Positions 1 to 1,246 of a stretch of 1,246 nt of DNA are shown one piece after another. The translations under genes were made by a program, and so were the position numbers. The stretch's first letter is position 1, and each line of letters starts with the position of its first letter. The stretch comes from Naegleria gruberi (lineage: Eukaryota): the NCBI GenBank assembly GCA_000004985.1, contig GG739479.1; one strand, 5' to 3'. The notes below the pieces were generated by a model. That model did not search any database. It was given only the letters and a program-made list of their open reading frames with translations, and was not told the origin of the DNA.

Positions 1-446
1 CTCAGATCTTGGAGAGCACATCTTAAATCTCTAACTTCAGCAATACTAACTGCTGTTCTAGGAGTATATTTTTGAATTCCATCATCACCAGTTGGAAATA
101 ATGTGACAGAATACTCAAAGGAAACAGATCTAGCACTACAACTACTGCATTTCTTTTCTGGATTGCCATAGTTAAAGCCTAGTGCACAACCATATTTTGG
201 CATTTTGAACTCTAAATTTTTGTCGCAACCATCATAGTAAAAACAGGATTCACGATCATAAAGGTTTGGCAAATTGTATGCAAGGTTGTCAAAGTAATTG
301 GTTAAGTTGGAACACACCATTTTTGCTATTTGTTCCTTTCTGTCTAGCAGAGCAGCGAATGTGGCTGGTGCCTTGGGACCGCTTTGTTGAAATGAGAGAG
401 ATACCAGAAGAAAGCCGAGCAATAACAAGGGTACAAGCTTTTGCAT
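1..446 (-). CDS. Hypothetical secretory-pathway protein, N-terminal 148 codons (cleavable signal peptide or type II signal anchor followed by a Cys-rich lumenal/extracellular region); 3' end of gene lies beyond window start; family not recognised
   Basis: Manual translation of the minus strand from ATG at 446-444 (context caaaaaaaaaaacaaaATGc). All 148 in-frame codons down to position 3 are open; I checked that no + strand triplet tta/cta/tca occurs in this frame. Product: MQKLVPLLLLGFLLVSLSFQQSGPKAPATFAALLDRKEQIAKMVCSNLTNYFDNLAYNLPNLYDRESCFYYDGCDKNLEFKMPKYGCALGFNYGNPEKKCSSCSARSVSFEYSVTLFPTGDDGIQKYTPRTAVSIAEVRDLRCALQDL... It has a 16-residue hydrophobic core (residues 4-19) directly after M-Q-K, an NLT sequon at residue 47, and seven Cys including CFYYDGC and CSSC. 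It is absent from the ORF track only because no stop falls inside the window. Same strand and yeast-like codon usage as the neighbouring SAM gene. Confidence 0.7.
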   Translation of the reverse strand, partial: MQKLVPLLLLGFLLVSLSFQQSGPKAPATFAALLDRKEQIAKMVCSNLTNYFDNLAYNLPNLYDRESCFYYDGCDKNLEFKMPKYGCALGFNYGNPEKKCSSCSARSVSFEYSVTLFPTGDDGIQKYTPRTAVSIAEVRDLRCALQDL

Positions 447-498
447 TTTGTTTTTTTTTTTGAGTGATGGAAAGGTGTTTTGGGTTACCTATTGGCTA

Positions 499-526
499 TG
501 TTTCGTTCACTTAGTTTCGTTCACTT
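499..526. repeat. Tandem direct repeat, 13-bp unit GTTTCGTTCACTT x2 (500-512 and 514-526) separated by 1 nt
   Basis: Exact identity of the two units, read directly from the sequence. Confidence 0.85.
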
Positions 527-564
527 TCCAAACACAATAAAAATGGCATTGCCCAAGTGAAATG

Positions 565-598
565 GTGAACGAAACAATCCAAGTAAGGAAAACGAAAC
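565..598. repeat. Inverted copies of the same motif: GTGAACGAAAC (565-575, perfect reverse complement of GTTTCGTTCAC) and AACGAAAC (591-598, 8-bp partial copy)
   Basis: The reverse complement of 500-510 equals 565-575 exactly (11/11; 12/12 when 499 is paired with 576). The 591-598 copy matches the first 8 bp. Together with the direct repeat this forms a palindromic array centred near 544. Confidence 0.8.
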
Positions 599-639
599 TA
601 TTAGCGTTTGTGGAACTTTTGTGCAAATTTTAAATATTT

Positions 640-707
640 CGCAAAAATAAGCATTTGTAAAATATTATTCTTTGTTTTTAATTTTTTAGTTTATTGGCTT
701 TCCTAAT
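640..707 (-). terminator. 3'UTR / polyadenylation region of the SAM synthetase gene (AT-rich, yeast-type signals)
   Basis: Immediately 3' of the TAA stop on the minus strand. The minus-strand sequence reads ttaggaaagccAATAAActaaaaaattaaaaacaaagaataatattttacaaatg, with AATAAA (+690-695) 13 nt after the stop. An A-rich tract and a TATTTTACA/TTTGTA-like efficiency element follow. No rho-independent hairpin is expected in a eukaryote. Confidence 0.4.
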
Positions 708-1246
708 TTAGAGTTGGAGAGTCTTTGGTTGTTCCCATGGGAATTCGCTTCTTCCAAAGTGACCATAAGCAGCAGTTGGTGAGTAGATTGGGTTCATCAA
801 GTTCAAATCCTTAATGATGTGATATGGTCTCAAATCAAAGTTCTTATTGACAATAGCCAAAATATCAGCATCAGTCTTACCGTTCAAAGCAGTACCATAG
901 GTATCAACGTGAACAGACAATGGGTGAGCAATACCAATAGCATAGGCAACTTGAACCAAACATCTCTTAGCCAAACCAGCAGCAACGACGGACTTAGCAA
1001 CCCATCTTGCAGCATAAGAAGCAGATCTATCGACCTTAGATGGATCCTTACCAGAGAAAGCACCACCACCGTGAGCACCCCAACCACCATAAGTATCAAC
1101 AATAATCTTTCTACCAGTAAGACCAGCATCACCTTGTGGACCTCCGATAACGAATCTTCCAGATGGGTTAAGATGGTAAATAGTAGCATCATCCAACAAA
1201 TTGGCTGGAATAACTGGAACAATGACGTGTTCCTTCAATGACTTTG
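708..1246 (-). CDS. SAM2: S-adenosylmethionine synthetase (methionine adenosyltransferase, MAT/MetK family; yeast SAM1/SAM2 ortholog), C-terminal ~179 aa including TAA stop at 710-708; 5' end of gene lies beyond window end
   Basis: The translation carries MAT hallmark blocks: [67 protein letters not shown] and, further on, [22 protein letters not shown] through [22 protein letters not shown]-stop. The frame stays open upstream of the track's TTG 'start' (codons K-S-L at 1239-1246), so the true ORF runs off the window. The GGWGAHGGG and C-terminal PWExPKxL tail are eukaryotic-type. Codon use is strongly biased toward GGT, CCA, AGA, TTG and AAG, as in highly expressed yeast genes. Confidence 0.95.
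   Translation of the reverse strand, partial: KSLKEHVIVPVIPANLLDDATIYHLNPSGRFVIGGPQGDAGLTGRKIIVDTYGGWGAHGGGAFSGKDPSKVDRSASYAARWVAKSVVAAGLAKRCLVQVAYAIGIAHPLSVHVDTYGTALNGKTDADILAIVNKNFDLRPYHIIKDLNLMNPIYSPTAAYGHFGRSEFPWEQPKTLQL

Larger units (their letters stand above)
447..639 (-). promoter_or_regulatory. Promoter and 5'UTR of the downstream secretory-protein gene: A-rich leader (minus-strand A11 plus AAA, + 447-461), candidate TATA-like elements (+ 533-547 read as ATTTTTATT; + 628-640 read as TATTTAAAA), and a motif cluster at 499-600
   Basis: This is the only non-coding space upstream of ATG 446 on the minus strand. The A-rich -1 to -20 leader is typical of yeast mRNAs. The repeated GTTTCGTTCAC / AACGAAAC motifs lie 50-155 bp upstream of the ATG. 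The TSS is not determinable from sequence. Confidence 0.4.

Noticed and set aside
44-60. TACTAAC (yeast intron branch-point consensus) at 44-50 followed by TCTAG at 56-60 on the + strand
   Set aside because: All three + frames downstream hit stops within about 15 codons. The segment lies inside the open minus-strand CDS, where it reads GTTAGTA. With no upstream 5' splice site in the window, this is treated as a chance heptamer.
266-463. + strand ORF, 65 aa (MANCMQGCQSNWLS...FCFFF)
   Set aside because: It lies antisense across the start of the minus-strand secretory-protein gene. It ends in a poly-Phe tail produced by the T11 tract and has no recognisable features or sensible start context.
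461-467. TGAGTGA, resembling the Gcn4 site TGASTCA
   Set aside because: One central mismatch (G for C) breaks the palindrome. It is a single copy about 15 bp from the ATG, inside the probable 5'UTR.
511-549. Possible 12-codon uORF on the minus strand starting at ATG 549-547 (MPFLLCLESERN-stop)
   Set aside because: Too short to assess. Whether it lies in the 5'UTR depends on an unknown TSS, and typical yeast leaders are shorter than the ~100 nt this would require.
570-577. CGAAACA resembling the Ste12 pheromone-response element TGAAACA
   Set aside because: The first base differs. The sequence is better explained as part of the repeated AACGAAAC motif.
1236-1238. TTG shown as 'M' start of the SAM ORF in the track
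   Set aside because: This is an artefact of bacterial-style start calling. The frame is open to the window edge (…K-S-L-K-E-H…) and this position aligns to the middle of eukaryotic MAT proteins, so the real start is upstream, outside the window.
819-1241. + strand ORF 140 aa, and the - strand ORF 884..1222 (112 aa)
   Set aside because: Both lie wholly inside the SAM synthetase CDS in other frames or on the other strand. Their S/T/N-rich or L-rich low-complexity translations are the expected shadow of a strongly codon-biased gene, while the SAM frame shows conservation throughout.
708-1246. Bacterial metK interpretation with a prokaryotic promoter/terminator in the spacer
   Set aside because: The protein has a eukaryotic-type tail. 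Codon usage and the AATAAA / A-rich leader architecture are yeast-like, and there is no Shine-Dalgarno or rho-independent hairpin.

Overview
Two same-strand genes of a budding-yeast-like eukaryote; both strands and all frames were read by hand. (1) Minus strand 708..1246 encodes the C-terminal ~179 aa of S-adenosylmethionine synthetase (MAT, yeast SAM1/SAM2 family). It is conserved end to end, its N-terminus lies beyond the window end, and its TAA stop is at 710-708. (2) The supplied ORF track lists only ORFs with an in-window stop, so it misses a second minus-strand gene. This gene starts at ATG 446-444 behind an A-rich leader and is open for 148 codons to the window start without a stop. Its product has an N-terminal signal peptide or signal anchor, an NLT glycosylation sequon and seven cysteines including C-x5-C and CSSC. 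It is therefore a secretory-pathway protein I cannot assign to a family. (3) The 261-bp spacer (447-707) must hold both the SAM 3'UTR/terminator, which has AATAAA 13 nt after the stop, and the promoter/5'UTR of the downstream gene. It carries a palindromic cluster of an 11-bp motif, GTTTCGTTCAC, as two tandem direct copies plus two inverted copies, nested in a ~20-bp imperfect direct repeat with a CArG-like CCAAGTAAGG. The three remaining listed ORFs (266..463 +, 819..1241 +, 884..1222 -) are antisense or out-of-frame shadows of these two genes. I see no tRNA, rRNA, CRISPR or mobile-element signal.
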